IMG/VR virus record: IMGVR_UViG_3300042567_001420
From: a virus
Lineage: Duplodnaviria > Caudoviricetes
Length of the DNA: 64,000 nucleotides
Direction: 5' to 3' (one strand)
The notes beneath the pieces are model-generated. The model did no database searches and was not told the origin of the DNA. It saw nothing but the letters and a program-made list of their open reading frames with translations. This document shows, one piece after another, positions 37,104 to 48,601 of this stretch. The position numbers were made by a program, and so were the translations under genes. Position 1 is the stretch's first letter. The number at the start of each line of letters is the position of its first letter.

Positions 37104-38813
37104 TTAAATAACCGCAGTTGCTATTAGATTTTTAATTTTTGGCACAATTGTAGTATTTTCTGCATAAAATACAACCTTGACTTGAAACTTGTTAAAGGAT
37201 GTAAATGTTGTAGCTGCTCCCGCCCCAACATTTGAAGTATATGATAAATTAGGAGTACCCGTGGTTACTAAAGAATCTCCTTCTAAAATTTTATAAATTT
37301 CAGGAAGAAAATCTGTTTCGGATGAACCTACATATTTTTTACCAATACTTCCGGTAATACTACTCTCATTAATTACATTTGCAGTTTGATTAAACAACGG
37401 CATTAATCTCCAATTTTTCTTTTCTATTGAAGAATCTATACCAATATCAGCTGAACTAATTACCCTACAAAAAACATCTATATCTGTACCTGTTTTCCTA
37501 TTTACATCCAGTTTGACTTCCAACCCAGTAGAATCAAACCCATTTTCCAAAGTAACAATTTTACTAATATATTTAGATTGCGCAACTCCGTTACTATATT
37601 GTAGTTCAGAGTTTCTTGTATCTATTTCAAAGGGGTCAATTAAATTTTTAAATGAGTACAGTTTAGTTCTTGCTTTATCTATTGCGGGAGATACATCGGT
37701 TGAATTATTTGTAAAGGTAACCTGCACTTTACAATCACCTACATTTTCTGTTACGAATCTATTAATTAATCTAAACGGCGTTTTTTCTTTAAAAGCCAAA
37801 TAAGATTGTTGAACATTGTCTGACGAACGAGTACCTTTAATTTCATAATCTATTTTTGTTAAAGCGCCAAAATTATATTGAGCAGTATCTAAAAATATAT
37901 TATCAAATTCTGTTCTTGGAATTGCCGCAGTTTGTAATTCAAAACTCTTTTCTCCTGTTACAAATTTTGCCTTATTAATTTTAAAACACAGGTCAGTATT
38001 TGTTTCCTCCAACCATTGATTTGTATTTTGCGATTTAAATAATCTTCCAGTATATGGTTCTTTACTTACAGTTACACTACTACCTAAAATAGTTTCTCCT
38101 AATTTTCCAGCATATAGCGTATAATTTGGGGAATTCGACACTACGGAAAACGCATATTCTCCAGGAGTTAAATATACCGGGGAAAATGAAAATTTCGTAG
38201 ATGGCCCGATGCCAGAATTAGGATCATTTGGAACATTTACTTCTGAAGAATTTTTAACAACTGTGGAGTCTTTTATAACTTCTCCTGCGGACGGTAATCC
38301 ATTTATAAGTCGTCTTAGTTCTATAGAAACAGGTAATTCGGAATCTTTTGTTGCAAAAAATAGTTCAAGAGAAGTAATAACAATACCTTGAGTATATCTT
38401 TCAGGTACAAAAAATGTTTGAGTAACTGGACTTAGTGTGTTTGTTGCTTCTTGTATGCCTGAGCTATTTGTAGGAGATACTGCCCTTCCTCCACTTGTTA
38501 ATTTATTATCAGACCTGGAAGACAAATTAGCAATAGCATAAATAGGGGGATCAAACCCATCGCGTGTTGTCTCTGAGCTACCAAACGTAATTTGTATATC
38601 GCCGGAATATGAAGAAAACCATTTATTTAAAATAAGTTTACCTTTTAATCTGCCCGTACCATCTGAGATTAATGGTTCAACAATACCAGAGTTATTTACA
38701 CACATAAGAGTATGATCTACTCCTGCAACCATCACAGCAATATTTGTATAAGGTGGCAAATTGAATACATCAAAATTAACAACAGAAGAGGATAAACGTG
38801 TTACATTGTTCAT
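37104..38813 (-). CDS. baseplate/fibre structural protein (C-terminal part of a DUF4815/VrlC-like family)
   Basis: PVTQTFFV, SLELFFATKD, PVYLTPGEYAF, DLCFKINKAKF, PKIKNLIATA. Confidence 0.65.
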   Translation of the reverse strand: MNNVTRLSSSVVNFDVFNLPPYTNIAVMVAGVDHTLMCVNNSGIVEPLISDGTGRLKGKLILNKWFSSYSGDIQITFGSSETTRDGFDPPIYAIANLSSRSDNKLTSGGRAVSPTNSSGIQEATNTLSPVTQTFFVPERYTQGIVITSLELFFATKDSELPVSIELRRLINGLPSAGEVIKDSTVVKNSSEVNVPNDPNSGIGPSTKFSFSPVYLTPGEYAFSVVSNSPNYTLYAGKLGETILGSSVTVSKEPYTGRLFKSQNTNQWLEETNTDLCFKINKAKFVTGEKSFELQTAAIPRTEFDNIFLDTAQYNFGALTKIDYEIKGTRSSDNVQQSYLAFKEKTPFRLINRFVTENVGDCKVQVTFTNNSTDVSPAIDKARTKLYSFKNLIDPFEIDTRNSELQYSNGVAQSKYISKIVTLENGFDSTGLEVKLDVNRKTGTDIDVFCRVISSADIGIDSSIEKKNWRLMPLFNQTANVINESSITGSIGKKYVGSSETDFLPEIYKILEGDSLVTTGTPNLSYTSNVGAGAATTFTSFNKFQVKVVFYAENTTIVPKIKNLIATAVI

Positions 38814-38818
38814 TTTTT

Positions 38819-39490
38819 TTAGTTTAAAAAGTTGTTAGTTAAAAATGCAGTTTTCAATTTTGCTATATTTTCTTCTGCTAAATCTTGCACGCCTTGCAGG
38901 TGTGGGGATAAATCTAAATCGTTTACAGCTACTCCCGTATAATTATTTAAGTATCCGTTGTTTATTGTGTAGTCTGAAGATGTTGTTATATTAGACGTGA
39001 CATAAACATTATTTGTATTTAATGTAGTATTAACAAAAGAATCTAGAGCGGCTATGTTTGCAGAAAATCCAGTAATATTACTATAGAATTTTTTCTCAGG
39101 AATCATTACTTGAAAACTATTTGCAACAATTCCATTTGCGGTATTAAAATTTGTAGGAATACTTCTAGTAGTATTTTCAATTGCAATTTGATTTACAACA
39201 TTTCCCGAACTTTTATTAGTAATTGTATCTGCAATTGCTCTGCCAGTTGCAGTTTCATTTATTTTTAAATCTCTTATAGCATCTGCAGTAGCTATAACAT
39301 TTATATTTTGCACAGTTAATAATAATCCGTTTGTATTTGAACTGTTGGTGTTATTCTCATCGTTAAGAATAAGTTTTGCTAAATCTATAGCAGCATCTTT
39401 AGATGCTCCTAATCCGGTCACCAGTGAAACTGCAGTGGCAGCCGCGTTTATGTTTAAAGGTTTAACTAATTGTTTGAAAAAATTTGCCAT
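38819..39490 (-). CDS. hypothetical structural protein
   Basis: Start moved to MANFFKQ (TAAGGT RBS); Asn/Thr-rich. Confidence 0.6.
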   Translation of the reverse strand: MANFFKQLVKPLNINAAATAVSLVTGLGASKDAAIDLAKLILNDENNTNSSNTNGLLLTVQNINVIATADAIRDLKINETATGRAIADTITNKSSGNVVNQIAIENTTRSIPTNFNTANGIVANSFQVMIPEKKFYSNITGFSANIAALDSFVNTTLNTNNVYVTSNITTSSDYTINNGYLNNYTGVAVNDLDLSPHLQGVQDLAEENIAKLKTAFLTNNFLN

Positions 39491-39542
39491 TTTTACCTTA
39501 AAATAATTTATTAAAATTGCGTGCAAGTATCTTTATCATCTC

Positions 39543-42500
39543 TTACTCGCTTCCACCTGCTGACGCATTGTCAGCATAAAAATCACGATTTGAATATGAA
39601 ACAGTAGTGACCGTGCCTTTTTCACCAGTAATTGTAGATGTTGCTCCCGTTACCCCTGATTTTTGATCTTCGTTATTAGATTGTGTTTGTCCTGTTAATT
39701 GATTTTCCGGTATAACATTTTCATAAATTAACGATGCAAGATCTCCGCCACCTGTAATTACTGAAGGATATATAACTGCTCTAGCATTATCCCCAACTAC
39801 TCCGTCTGGATTAGGATTTGAATTTTTATTACTTGCAATAGTTTGACTAATAAATTCTTCTTCAGTATAATTCATATAGACCAAATCATTTAAGATTGAC
39901 ACGTCTGGATCTGTAACATAAAACAAATTATGTTCTATTGCTGAAAACGCAGGTCGACATTCTTGTCTAGAAGTATCTATAGCTGCGGTAAAGTCCGGAC
40001 TTCTTACATACCCGGGACCATACCCTGAAAAATTGTCTACAAGTATTCCTGTTTTATATAATATATTTCCCGTAGATCCATTTCTATCAAAAACTATATT
40101 GTTTAACGCAATAATATCTAAACCTTGTTTTTTAACACGTTTTTCTAATAATGTCAATTTTTGATCAATTATAGAGATATCTTTCATAGTATAACGCGGG
40201 GCATCATTGTATTCTATTAATATATCTTGATAGCTTGCGGTATAAGGCTCAACGTATAAAGTAGCAATTAATTGTTTAGTACTATCCGTAAAATCTTTAG
40301 GAGAAGTTGGATTTAAACTAGGTACACCGGAATCAATACTAAACTTATTTTGAATTTTCTTTACACTTGCATCTCTATTATTTAGATATAATCTATCAAT
40401 TCTACCTAGATAAAATTCAACATCTGCTTCTGTACCCGGAACTTCGGATGGATTTGGTTTAATATGAGCATCAAAATAAAATATATTTGATAATCTTCCA
40501 TCATACCCAGGTTGAACACTAAGAGGAGTGTCATCTTGTCTGCGAATTCTATAATCTAAACAATCTCTTAAATTAAATTCTGTAGCATCTATTACAGATC
40601 TATAAGTAGGGATTTTAGAATATAGATTTGCCGGATAAGATTCTACATCTAATGCGCCTGTTCCCGAATGTGTAAAATAATCAAAAGTAATTAATACATT
40701 GCCGGGTATACTATCTTGTGTCCCTAAAAATCTAACGGATCCGTGATCGTACCAATTATCAGTTTGTCCAGTATTTAAACTATAAGACAATAATGATTCT
40801 TTTTTGACCTTTTCCCAATATGCAATATTTGTTAATGATTGTCCTGTACTTGAGGTATTTGCTCTGTAAATTAAACCATTATATTGAACTAGATTGTTTG
40901 TATTATATGCGGTAGAAGAATTATAATTTCCAACATAGGAATTACTACCTATTTTAAAAATTCCTTTATACGAATAAACATCTGATTTTAATACTGAATA
41001 ATCTACTTGAGGAACTTGTATGTTGGCATTAAATGTTTGATTTTCAACTAAAGTTTTAGTTCTTCTTGTTAAAGTGTCATTTTCCAAAGTTGCTATTATA
41101 TCAACAGTGCCAGATAATATAATATTATTAAAATTTATAGTTAATTGTGTACCGGTTCCATTTAATGTCATTGAAGTATTTTCAAGAGGAACAAAAATAT
41201 TACCAGAATATCCTCCAGAATATGAGTCTCTGACCACCATAGTATAGTATTCTCTTTTTATTGAGGACGGCAATGAGGAACTAAGGGGCCCAACAAATTT
41301 ATTAGGAGAACTAGTATTTAATGTTATAATTCCAGAAGTACCTAAAACATTAGGAAATAATTGAGAATAAACAACTTTATTTTTTGATACTTTTTTAATA
41401 TTATTTTTTGGTATTTTAAAAACATTTCTGTTTTCTCCTACCTCATAATATCTTAGTCTATTATCAACTAATCCATATGTTGGATGTATATTTGCAAAAA
41501 ATGTTGGATGATTATATGTACCATTGTTGCCATAATTTATTGTGAATGGATTTTGAACCCCGATAACAGATCTAATATTATCTGGGGTTAAAGTAGTAGA
41601 TGCTTGTTCATAATAGTACCAATAAAATCTAAAAGACGAACCTGTTCCAATTCCAGTTTCATATTGTATGTGTTTTGGGACAACATACCCCACCAGGGTA
41701 GAAGCATTCATTGCAGATCTATTAGTTGTATTATGACATTCGTAAAAATTCTCACCAGCTAAATCTGCTATTTGCGGCAATCCAAAAGTTGGTGCCTCAA
41801 TTACAACATAAGTTCCAAAAAAGGTATTTATATTTAACGCTTCTAAGGTATCAGTTGTTAATGCCTTAGGAATTGAAATTTCAGTTTTCCCGTAAGTTGC
41901 AATATCATATCCTCCTACAAATGCTCTGCCGGGGCTAATAAAAAAGTTCTCACTTAATCCATCTGTAGATGGGCCAGTAGTTTGTAAATTAAAAGGAGAT
42001 ACTAAATAATTTCCAGATTCAGCATATGTTCTTGATGCTAGAGTTTTTGCAAGTTCAGCATATTTAGAATCCCCTGTAGATTCAATTAAATCTAAATTAC
42101 CATTTTTATATCTACCTATTTCTATAAATGTTCCAGATATATCAGGTTTATTATCAGATGTTAAGTCCACCCCATCTAAAATTAATTGCATTTTTAATCT
42201 ATCAGCACCTGGTGCTAAATAATTTGAACTACCAAATGATGGATCTAACAAACTGCTATCATCATTATAATCAATTATAGTTTCGTTGTACCTTAAAATA
42301 ATAGATTTTGTAGGATATGCTGTATATTTTTGAGGTACAATTTTTTGTTTAATAGTTTCTATAAAAAATCCATTTTTATAATAGGTTCCTGAACTAGTTC
42401 CAAATATCAATGTGGGGCTGGTATTTCTTCGTTTAAATTGTATACTAACATTGGTATCGGTAATTCCTATAATTTGATTAACTTTTATACTTGTATTTGT

Positions 42501-43142
42501 AATAACTTCAACCACATATAAATCTGAACTTAAACTTGGACCTATTATTTGATCTCCTACTTTAATTATACCTGTGGTTGTAGTTAATGTGATTGTATCA
42601 GAATATTCATTTAAATTTGCAGTTCCTGTAATAAATGAATCAGAAGCTGCCGATACTGTTAATGATGTTGCACTTTTTGAATTTGCATCTGTAATTGTAT
42701 TATAGAACTTTAAAGTTTCTTCAGACTTAAATTCGCTTGTACCTTCTGTTCTAATTAAAGACATTACAAAAGTTGGAGGATCTCCCACATCTGGATTATC
42801 TGCATCAAATACAAAATCTACTTTACCAATAATATTTGAAGTAGTTCCGGTAACATACTTATTTAAATATACTTGTAAGTTTGCAGTATTTGCGTCTGGT
42901 TGCAATTTAACAGCACGGCCATTATCATTAATAGTAACTGCTACAGGATCGTCACTTAATATTCTGCTTCCATCTACAAAAATATGATTTGCAAATTTCT
43001 TTATCTGATCCTGTAGGATACTTTGAATTTGCGTAAGTTCTCTTGCCTGTACGGGCGTACCTGGCTTAAAAAGAATTCTATAAAAATTCTTAGTACTATC
43101 AAAATCGTCATAATATGGGTTTGTTGTTAAATTTACAGCCAT
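39543..43142 (-). CDS. large baseplate-associated protein (DUF4815/VrlC-like N-terminal part)
   Basis: PYYDDFDSTKNFYRILFKPGTPVQARELTQIQSILQDQI, APGADRLK, KTGILVDNF. Confidence 0.8.
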   Translation of the reverse strand: MAVNLTTNPYYDDFDSTKNFYRILFKPGTPVQARELTQIQSILQDQIKKFANHIFVDGSRILSDDPVAVTINDNGRAVKLQPDANTANLQVYLNKYVTGTTSNIIGKVDFVFDADNPDVGDPPTFVMSLIRTEGTSEFKSEETLKFYNTITDANSKSATSLTVSAASDSFITGTANLNEYSDTITLTTTTGIIKVGDQIIGPSLSSDLYVVEVITNTSIKVNQIIGITDTNVSIQFKRRNTSPTLIFGTSSGTYYKNGFFIETIKQKIVPQKYTAYPTKSIILRYNETIIDYNDDSSLLDPSFGSSNYLAPGADRLKMQLILDGVDLTSDNKPDISGTFIEIGRYKNGNLDLIESTGDSKYAELAKTLASRTYAESGNYLVSPFNLQTTGPSTDGLSENFFISPGRAFVGGYDIATYGKTEISIPKALTTDTLEALNINTFFGTYVVIEAPTFGLPQIADLAGENFYECHNTTNRSAMNASTLVGYVVPKHIQYETGIGTGSSFRFYWYYYEQASTTLTPDNIRSVIGVQNPFTINYGNNGTYNHPTFFANIHPTYGLVDNRLRYYEVGENRNVFKIPKNNIKKVSKNKVVYSQLFPNVLGTSGIITLNTSSPNKFVGPLSSSLPSSIKREYYTMVVRDSYSGGYSGNIFVPLENTSMTLNGTGTQLTINFNNIILSGTVDIIATLENDTLTRRTKTLVENQTFNANIQVPQVDYSVLKSDVYSYKGIFKIGSNSYVGNYNSSTAYNTNNLVQYNGLIYRANTSSTGQSLTNIAYWEKVKKESLLSYSLNTGQTDNWYDHGSVRFLGTQDSIPGNVLITFDYFTHSGTGALDVESYPANLYSKIPTYRSVIDATEFNLRDCLDYRIRRQDDTPLSVQPGYDGRLSNIFYFDAHIKPNPSEVPGTEADVEFYLGRIDRLYLNNRDASVKKIQNKFSIDSGVPSLNPTSPKDFTDSTKQLIATLYVEPYTASYQDILIEYNDAPRYTMKDISIIDQKLTLLEKRVKKQGLDIIALNNIVFDRNGSTGNILYKTGILVDNFSGYGPGYVRSPDFTAAIDTSRQECRPAFSAIEHNLFYVTDPDVSILNDLVYMNYTEEEFISQTIASNKNSNPNPDGVVGDNARAVIYPSVITGGGDLASLIYENVIPENQLTGQTQSNNEDQKSGVTGATSTITGEKGTVTTVSYSNRDFYADNASAGGSE

Positions 43143-43154
43143 TTTTATTTTACC

Positions 43155-44459
43155 TTAGAATTCTATAACTATATGAATATTTTCTGCTTGGTCTAAAGCT
43201 CTTGTAATTTTAGCGCGGTTTTCCACATATAAAATTTGACCAGTATTTTTATTTACTTCAGCAGGTGTTATTACACTAATAGTTCCTACTGCCAATGAAT
43301 TTGCTCCACGAATTGTTTCCCCGGTTGAAAATATAATATTTCCCGAAAATAATTCAATCGGAGTAATATATCTAATAGTAACATTCCCGGCCGCCACATT
43401 CGCATTTGCGCTAACTATAAATGCGTTTGAGTTGGTATTATCTCCACTAATATATTCATCTAATGCAAATGTGCCAGTAACGTTTGAAACATTTAATGTA
43501 ATTGTTGCATCAAGCGTTGTTTCAGTTGCTATTGTAGATGTTATGTTTGAAATTGGATTTTTAATTATTCCAATTCTTCTATAATCATTTACTACAGGAA
43601 AATCACCACCACCTTCTGCATAATTAAGCCTTGTATTAATCATTACATATCTAGCACCCAATTCAGTCAACACATCTGATCCATGACCATTTACGGGAGA
43701 AATAATTGCTCTAGCAGTTGCATTTGCTCCTCCTCCTCCTGTAATTACTAGATTTGCATAATTATAATTAGATCCTGGGGTACTTAATATAATACGACTA
43801 ATTGTATTTGCGCTAGTAATAATACTTCCTACGGCAGCCCCGCTACCGTCTCCCAATATACTAACAGTAATATTTGAATTTGTTGTATAAGAATTGCCGG
43901 CATTAACTACAATTGCATTATCTATAGTGCCTTTAATTGCAGTTGAAGTAACATCATAATTTAAATTAACCGGCATAAAATTACTTGTTAAAAATTTTAA
44001 TAAATCGGTATCTGACAATGAATACAAATATTTCCATCTATATCCGTCAGAGGTTGTTATAACACTCATGGATGTTCCGGTGGGTTTACTGGATGAAGCT
44101 GCCCCAAAATTATTAGATATACATTTGTAAACATTATTATCTTGTGTTAGTACATAAAAATTAGATCCATAAAAATTTTGATTTTCATTATCATATTGGG
44201 AATATACAACACCCGAAGACCAATTGTTACGTAAGACAACTTGTTTGAAATCATTTGGCACAATTCTTTTTAATGCGACAGTATCCGTCCAATAAAGTGT
44301 ATCTTGATATGGAACGTTTACTGGTGTGGGTGCCGTTGGTTCATTATCCCAACTTTGGGGTCTACCTATAAAAAGATACAGGTTATTAGTATCAACAACA
44401 TACTCTATAAAACGAGTAGCATTAAATACTCTAAAATTTTCTGTAATGATTTGAGCCAT
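43155..44459 (-). CDS. gp8: baseplate wedge subunit
   Basis: YLFIGRPQSW, NVYKCISN, DGYRWKYLY, GQILYVENR. Confidence 0.9.
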   Translation of the reverse strand: MAQIITENFRVFNATRFIEYVVDTNNLYLFIGRPQSWDNEPTAPTPVNVPYQDTLYWTDTVALKRIVPNDFKQVVLRNNWSSGVVYSQYDNENQNFYGSNFYVLTQDNNVYKCISNNFGAASSSKPTGTSMSVITTSDGYRWKYLYSLSDTDLLKFLTSNFMPVNLNYDVTSTAIKGTIDNAIVVNAGNSYTTNSNITVSILGDGSGAAVGSIITSANTISRIILSTPGSNYNYANLVITGGGGANATARAIISPVNGHGSDVLTELGARYVMINTRLNYAEGGGDFPVVNDYRRIGIIKNPISNITSTIATETTLDATITLNVSNVTGTFALDEYISGDNTNSNAFIVSANANVAAGNVTIRYITPIELFSGNIIFSTGETIRGANSLAVGTISVITPAEVNKNTGQILYVENRAKITRALDQAENIHIVIEF

Positions 44460-44487
44460 TATAATTCCATTAATTTTTAATTATTTA

Positions 44488-46272
44488 TTACAGTATATTG
44501 AATATATAATATACATGATCTGTAGATATAGGTAAATTTTGTACTCTGCTATTTGAATAAGAAGTCATGCTTGCATCAAATGGGGGAATATTCATATCTG
44601 CAGTTATACCCAAATAATCCCAAATCTCATTATCAACCGTTGTTTCAACATTTGCTGAAATCTGATTAGTAATAAAAACTTCACCAAAAACTTCCATGCC
44701 CGCCGGATGAACTGTGGATTTGACAATATCTTTCCATTTATCAATAGATTCTCCGCTTCTTACCACATATGAATATTGTTGATAAAATATTTTAGATTTA
44801 TCTACAGAATCAACTGCAGGACCTTGGATATAAATTAATTCAGATAATTTACCTTTGTTGTTTAACCAATACCCCTCACTTTCTTGAACTGCTCCAATAT
44901 TACTAAATAAGTTTGCTGTTCTTGTATATTTTAAATTTGCAAAAATAGCAGTTGAATCCAACCCGGTCATTGTAAATCTAAACCGGGTATCATCTAAAAT
45001 TGTGGTGACGGTAATTACATTTTCCGCGCCATTAATATAACTATTAGAATTTCCGTAAAAAATTAAATTGGCATTTTTTCCTCTAGATAAACCATGAGGA
45101 ACTGTACCGGTAAATGTGCCTATTGTATTACTAAGTCGAACATTTCCTTGCACTACATTTACCGGATCTTCTATAGATGCATTAACAAAAAATCCTACCG
45201 GTAGTGCACCATTTATCGGAGTAAGGCCTGCAAATACTCCAGGATTAACTACTTTAATTGTTCGAATTCCGCCGGTATCTGTTAAAGATGTTATTCGTAC
45301 ATTTGCATCTCGTACTAAAATTTTAGTATTTGCAGTATATCCATTTTCTCCGTCAATGATGTCAAGTTTAATTAACTGCGGAATTATGCTTGCATTTATA
45401 ATTTCTCTAGTATTTGTGGTAGAATTTGTTAATTTACTAGCAGTTATATTTTCAATTAAAAAATTACCTTTAATTTTTTCAAGAGTTAATTCATATACAG
45501 TAATTGTGTATCCTACATCAGGATTAATTTTAACAACATTATTTACTACGGCAGATGCTCCAGATACATCCCCTACAATTTTAGTATTAATAAAATTGAA
45601 TATATTGGAATTATCTATAGATATAACTCTTAAATTATAATCTTTTTTCCAAACTCCGTCAGATGCCTTTAAAACTACAGTATCCGGATAAAAGAAACTA
45701 GCTTCATCGTTAAAAATTATTCTAAATAATAATTTGTAAGCTTCTTCAGTTCCTTTTGTTTTATGTATATCTTTAAAGTGTTTAATAAAAGTGCGTTTAT
45801 CTGTAATGATGTTACGCGGAATATCATTGCCATAATTTATAAAGAAATTCTCAATTAATGAATCAATTGTAGTTTCACTATCAGCGTATTGTCTTGCATT
45901 TTGTAATAGTTCTTGTGGGCTTTGATCTTGTTCTAAAAATTTGTAATATGCCTCTAAAAATTTTATAAAATTAGAACTAGTATCCGTTTTAACAAAACTT
46001 AATTGTACAGAAGTAAGTGTTGCTGGTGCAACTGCACTAATTTGAATTTTAGTATTTGATAATATACTTATAACATAGAGTGAACTAGTAATTTGTGCAT
46101 GTGATAGTTTATCACCTGCCATAATATCTACACTATTATTTACAGTTACAATATCAGATCCAGCAACAGTAGAACCAATTGCATAAGATACTGCTTCAGA
46201 TTCTCCTACACGCAAAAACTCAGGTATTTGATGTGTAAATATTTTTGATATTTTTTCTGTTATTCGGCTCAT
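44488..46272 (-). CDS. gp7: baseplate wedge protein (gp7-like)
   Basis: FLEAYYKFLE, KTKGTEEAYKLLFRI, YQQYSYV, VHPAGMEVFG. Confidence 0.75.
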   Translation of the reverse strand: MSRITEKISKIFTHQIPEFLRVGESEAVSYAIGSTVAGSDIVTVNNSVDIMAGDKLSHAQITSSLYVISILSNTKIQISAVAPATLTSVQLSFVKTDTSSNFIKFLEAYYKFLEQDQSPQELLQNARQYADSETTIDSLIENFFINYGNDIPRNIITDKRTFIKHFKDIHKTKGTEEAYKLLFRIIFNDEASFFYPDTVVLKASDGVWKKDYNLRVISIDNSNIFNFINTKIVGDVSGASAVVNNVVKINPDVGYTITVYELTLEKIKGNFLIENITASKLTNSTTNTREIINASIIPQLIKLDIIDGENGYTANTKILVRDANVRITSLTDTGGIRTIKVVNPGVFAGLTPINGALPVGFFVNASIEDPVNVVQGNVRLSNTIGTFTGTVPHGLSRGKNANLIFYGNSNSYINGAENVITVTTILDDTRFRFTMTGLDSTAIFANLKYTRTANLFSNIGAVQESEGYWLNNKGKLSELIYIQGPAVDSVDKSKIFYQQYSYVVRSGESIDKWKDIVKSTVHPAGMEVFGEVFITNQISANVETTVDNEIWDYLGITADMNIPPFDASMTSYSNSRVQNLPISTDHVYYIFNIL

Positions 46273-48143
46273 TCAGTTACAACTGCGATTGTATTAACAG
46301 TTAATCCTTGTAGTCTATTTGCAGCACCATTAAAAGTACTGTCATCTAATAGTAAAATTTCATTTTTACTAACCATAATATCTAAATATGAATCTTGCAC
46401 GGTTGTTGATAATCTAATATCTGTAGTATCTTCCGTGTATCCTGTAGGATATAAAGAGTCTATTGAAATTATACCGTTGTTATAATCAATAGTTCCATAG
46501 TTTGATGTAATAATTTCGGATGTATCTGCATTAACTAACTTAAGTGTGCCAAATCCTAATCTATTTGGGACAATATCATTAGGAAAATCTTTAATTCTGG
46601 CTTCAACGGAATTGCCGTTTTGCGAAACAACAAATCTGGTAGTCTCTAAACTACCGGGTTCAATTCCATTTTTAAAGTTAATTGTGTTACCTATAGTATA
46701 AGAATTATCAAAATTTAATATTGGTGTTATTCTTTTCTGCAATTTAACAGTCATTAAATTACCTATAACAGAATTATCTACTGCATCAATTGTTCTTGAT
46801 AATTTAGAATAAACAAAATCTTTATCAAATTTTTGCAAATCATTATTAAAATATGTTCGTATCGTTGATATTACTAAATTTTTAATTTGTGTTGCAGATA
46901 CTGTAGAAATTTTAGAATTGTACTTCACATTCACTGCTAAATTAATATAAAAATATTCTGGTTCAATAAATTCTGGTATAATAGATAATACTTGTTTACT
47001 TTGTAGAACTAAATTTGAAATATCATCTTTAGTTTGTTGTGTTATCTCGTATCCATCATATGGGTTTAATGAAATAATAACTTTGCCATATTTCGGAGGA
47101 TTATTATCTTCTCCGCCCCATACTGAGATAGATTCAACTAAAGGATAATTTTTAGAAATTAATACTTTATAATCTTCAGCAGTAACTGCTCTATTTTGAG
47201 AAGATCCAAATTTTGGAGCATTAAATCTAATACTTTCAATCGTTTCTCTAGAAGTTCCGCCTCTTGAATTTGAAGTGGGTGTGATTATACCGGTAACCGA
47301 ACCGCCGCCAATTTGCGAGCCGCAAAAAAATTCTTGAGAAATATTACCAGAAACATTACCTAGCGTGCCATTACTAATTAAATAGGTAACTTTAACAAGA
47401 TTGCCTCTATTTAATTTTTTACCTAAAATACCATCGCCAAAATGTATTTGATATCTATCGGCTGTATTTTCTTCTAAGAAATAAACATTAGACGTTCCGT
47501 CAATATTTAAAGTATCTTCTGCTAAGGAGTATACTGTAGTTGTTGTATCTGATAATGAATTTTGCACAATAACTTGAATAGATGAAATGTCGCAATTTTC
47601 ATTAGGTATTATATATTTTTCTGCTGGACCAGGAACATCTGCAGTAAATATATATTCTAATGGAATTCCCTCTACAACTTCTACATCAGTAAATGTATAT
47701 GTTCCAACATTGGGTTGTATCGTTACAGAATTTAAATTAACAAATGTTAGAGAATTTTCATTTATAGTAGTTGTAAATGGAGTAAATCTTTCAAGTGTCA
47801 AAAAGTTTGGATTATTCGTAGGGGAGTCAACTTCGAATGATAATAGCGCTCTTGCACCTTGTGTAGAAAATGGTGTATATCCCAGATGTTTTGCAATAGA
47901 AACTGCCGACGCTCTTTTAACGGCCGAGTCTAAAAACATCTCATTAACTACCATGTTTGCTAAATAAGCATTGTAGTGAGTATTGTAAGATAACACATCC
48001 AACAGAATAGATAGCCCAGATCCTTCATAATCAAAGTCTGTGAAGTATGGTGCACCATCGTCATCAACGTAATTTTTTAAAAAGTCTTTTAGATTTGATT
48101 TTATTGTATCAAAATCTAATTCCGCTATTCTTAGATTGGACAT
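46269..48143 (-). CDS. gp6: baseplate wedge subunit
   Basis: ELDFDTIKSNL, DYEGSGLSILLDVLSYNTHYNA, QNRAVTAEDY. Confidence 0.96.
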   Translation of the reverse strand: MSNLRIAELDFDTIKSNLKDFLKNYVDDDGAPYFTDFDYEGSGLSILLDVLSYNTHYNAYLANMVVNEMFLDSAVKRASAVSIAKHLGYTPFSTQGARALLSFEVDSPTNNPNFLTLERFTPFTTTINENSLTFVNLNSVTIQPNVGTYTFTDVEVVEGIPLEYIFTADVPGPAEKYIIPNENCDISSIQVIVQNSLSDTTTTVYSLAEDTLNIDGTSNVYFLEENTADRYQIHFGDGILGKKLNRGNLVKVTYLISNGTLGNVSGNISQEFFCGSQIGGGSVTGIITPTSNSRGGTSRETIESIRFNAPKFGSSQNRAVTAEDYKVLISKNYPLVESISVWGGEDNNPPKYGKVIISLNPYDGYEITQQTKDDISNLVLQSKQVLSIIPEFIEPEYFYINLAVNVKYNSKISTVSATQIKNLVISTIRTYFNNDLQKFDKDFVYSKLSRTIDAVDNSVIGNLMTVKLQKRITPILNFDNSYTIGNTINFKNGIEPGSLETTRFVVSQNGNSVEARIKDFPNDIVPNRLGFGTLKLVNADTSEIITSNYGTIDYNNGIISIDSLYPTGYTEDTTDIRLSTTVQDSYLDIMVSKNEILLLDDSTFNGAANRLQGLTVNTIAVVTE

Positions 48144-48544
48144 TATCTTGCTCTGCTAATAGTTGTTGCTACGGTTATAGGTTCTTCGGTATTACTAAGT
48201 GCGAATGTTACTTCTATATCAATTGCATTTTTATCAGAATTATCAATAATCTGAATATCTATAATTCTTGCCCTTGGCTCAAATTTTCGTATAGTGGTTT
48301 CAATTGATTTTTCTAATGCAGTAATTGTAGATGGTATAAAATTTTCAAAAATCAACGCACTAATTTGACTACCTATTTCCGGGTGAAATGGTCTCTCATA
48401 ATTTTTTGTCAGAATTAAATTCTGAATAGCAGTTTTTACTGCGTCAGCATTTGTTCTAGTTAAAACATCTTTTGAATAAGGATGCGGCTTAAATAACAGA
48501 TTTAAATCTGTATATCTTCGTACAATTCGATTTACGGTTGCCAT
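48143..48544 (-). CDS. gp25: baseplate wedge subunit
   Basis: YTDLNL, NYERPFHPEIGS, EPRA. Confidence 0.95.
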   Translation of the reverse strand: MATVNRIVRRYTDLNLLFKPHPYSKDVLTRTNADAVKTAIQNLILTKNYERPFHPEIGSQISALIFENFIPSTITALEKSIETTIRKFEPRARIIDIQIIDNSDKNAIDIEVTFALSNTEEPITVATTISRAR

Positions 48545-48601
48545 TTTTATATTTATTGTTTTTGGTAAGAGGCTAGAACATTATTATTTATGTAGTAATT
48601 T

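Noticed and set aside
37104-43142. Pseudogenised baseplate gene
   Set aside because: Each piece has its own start/RBS and a long intact frame
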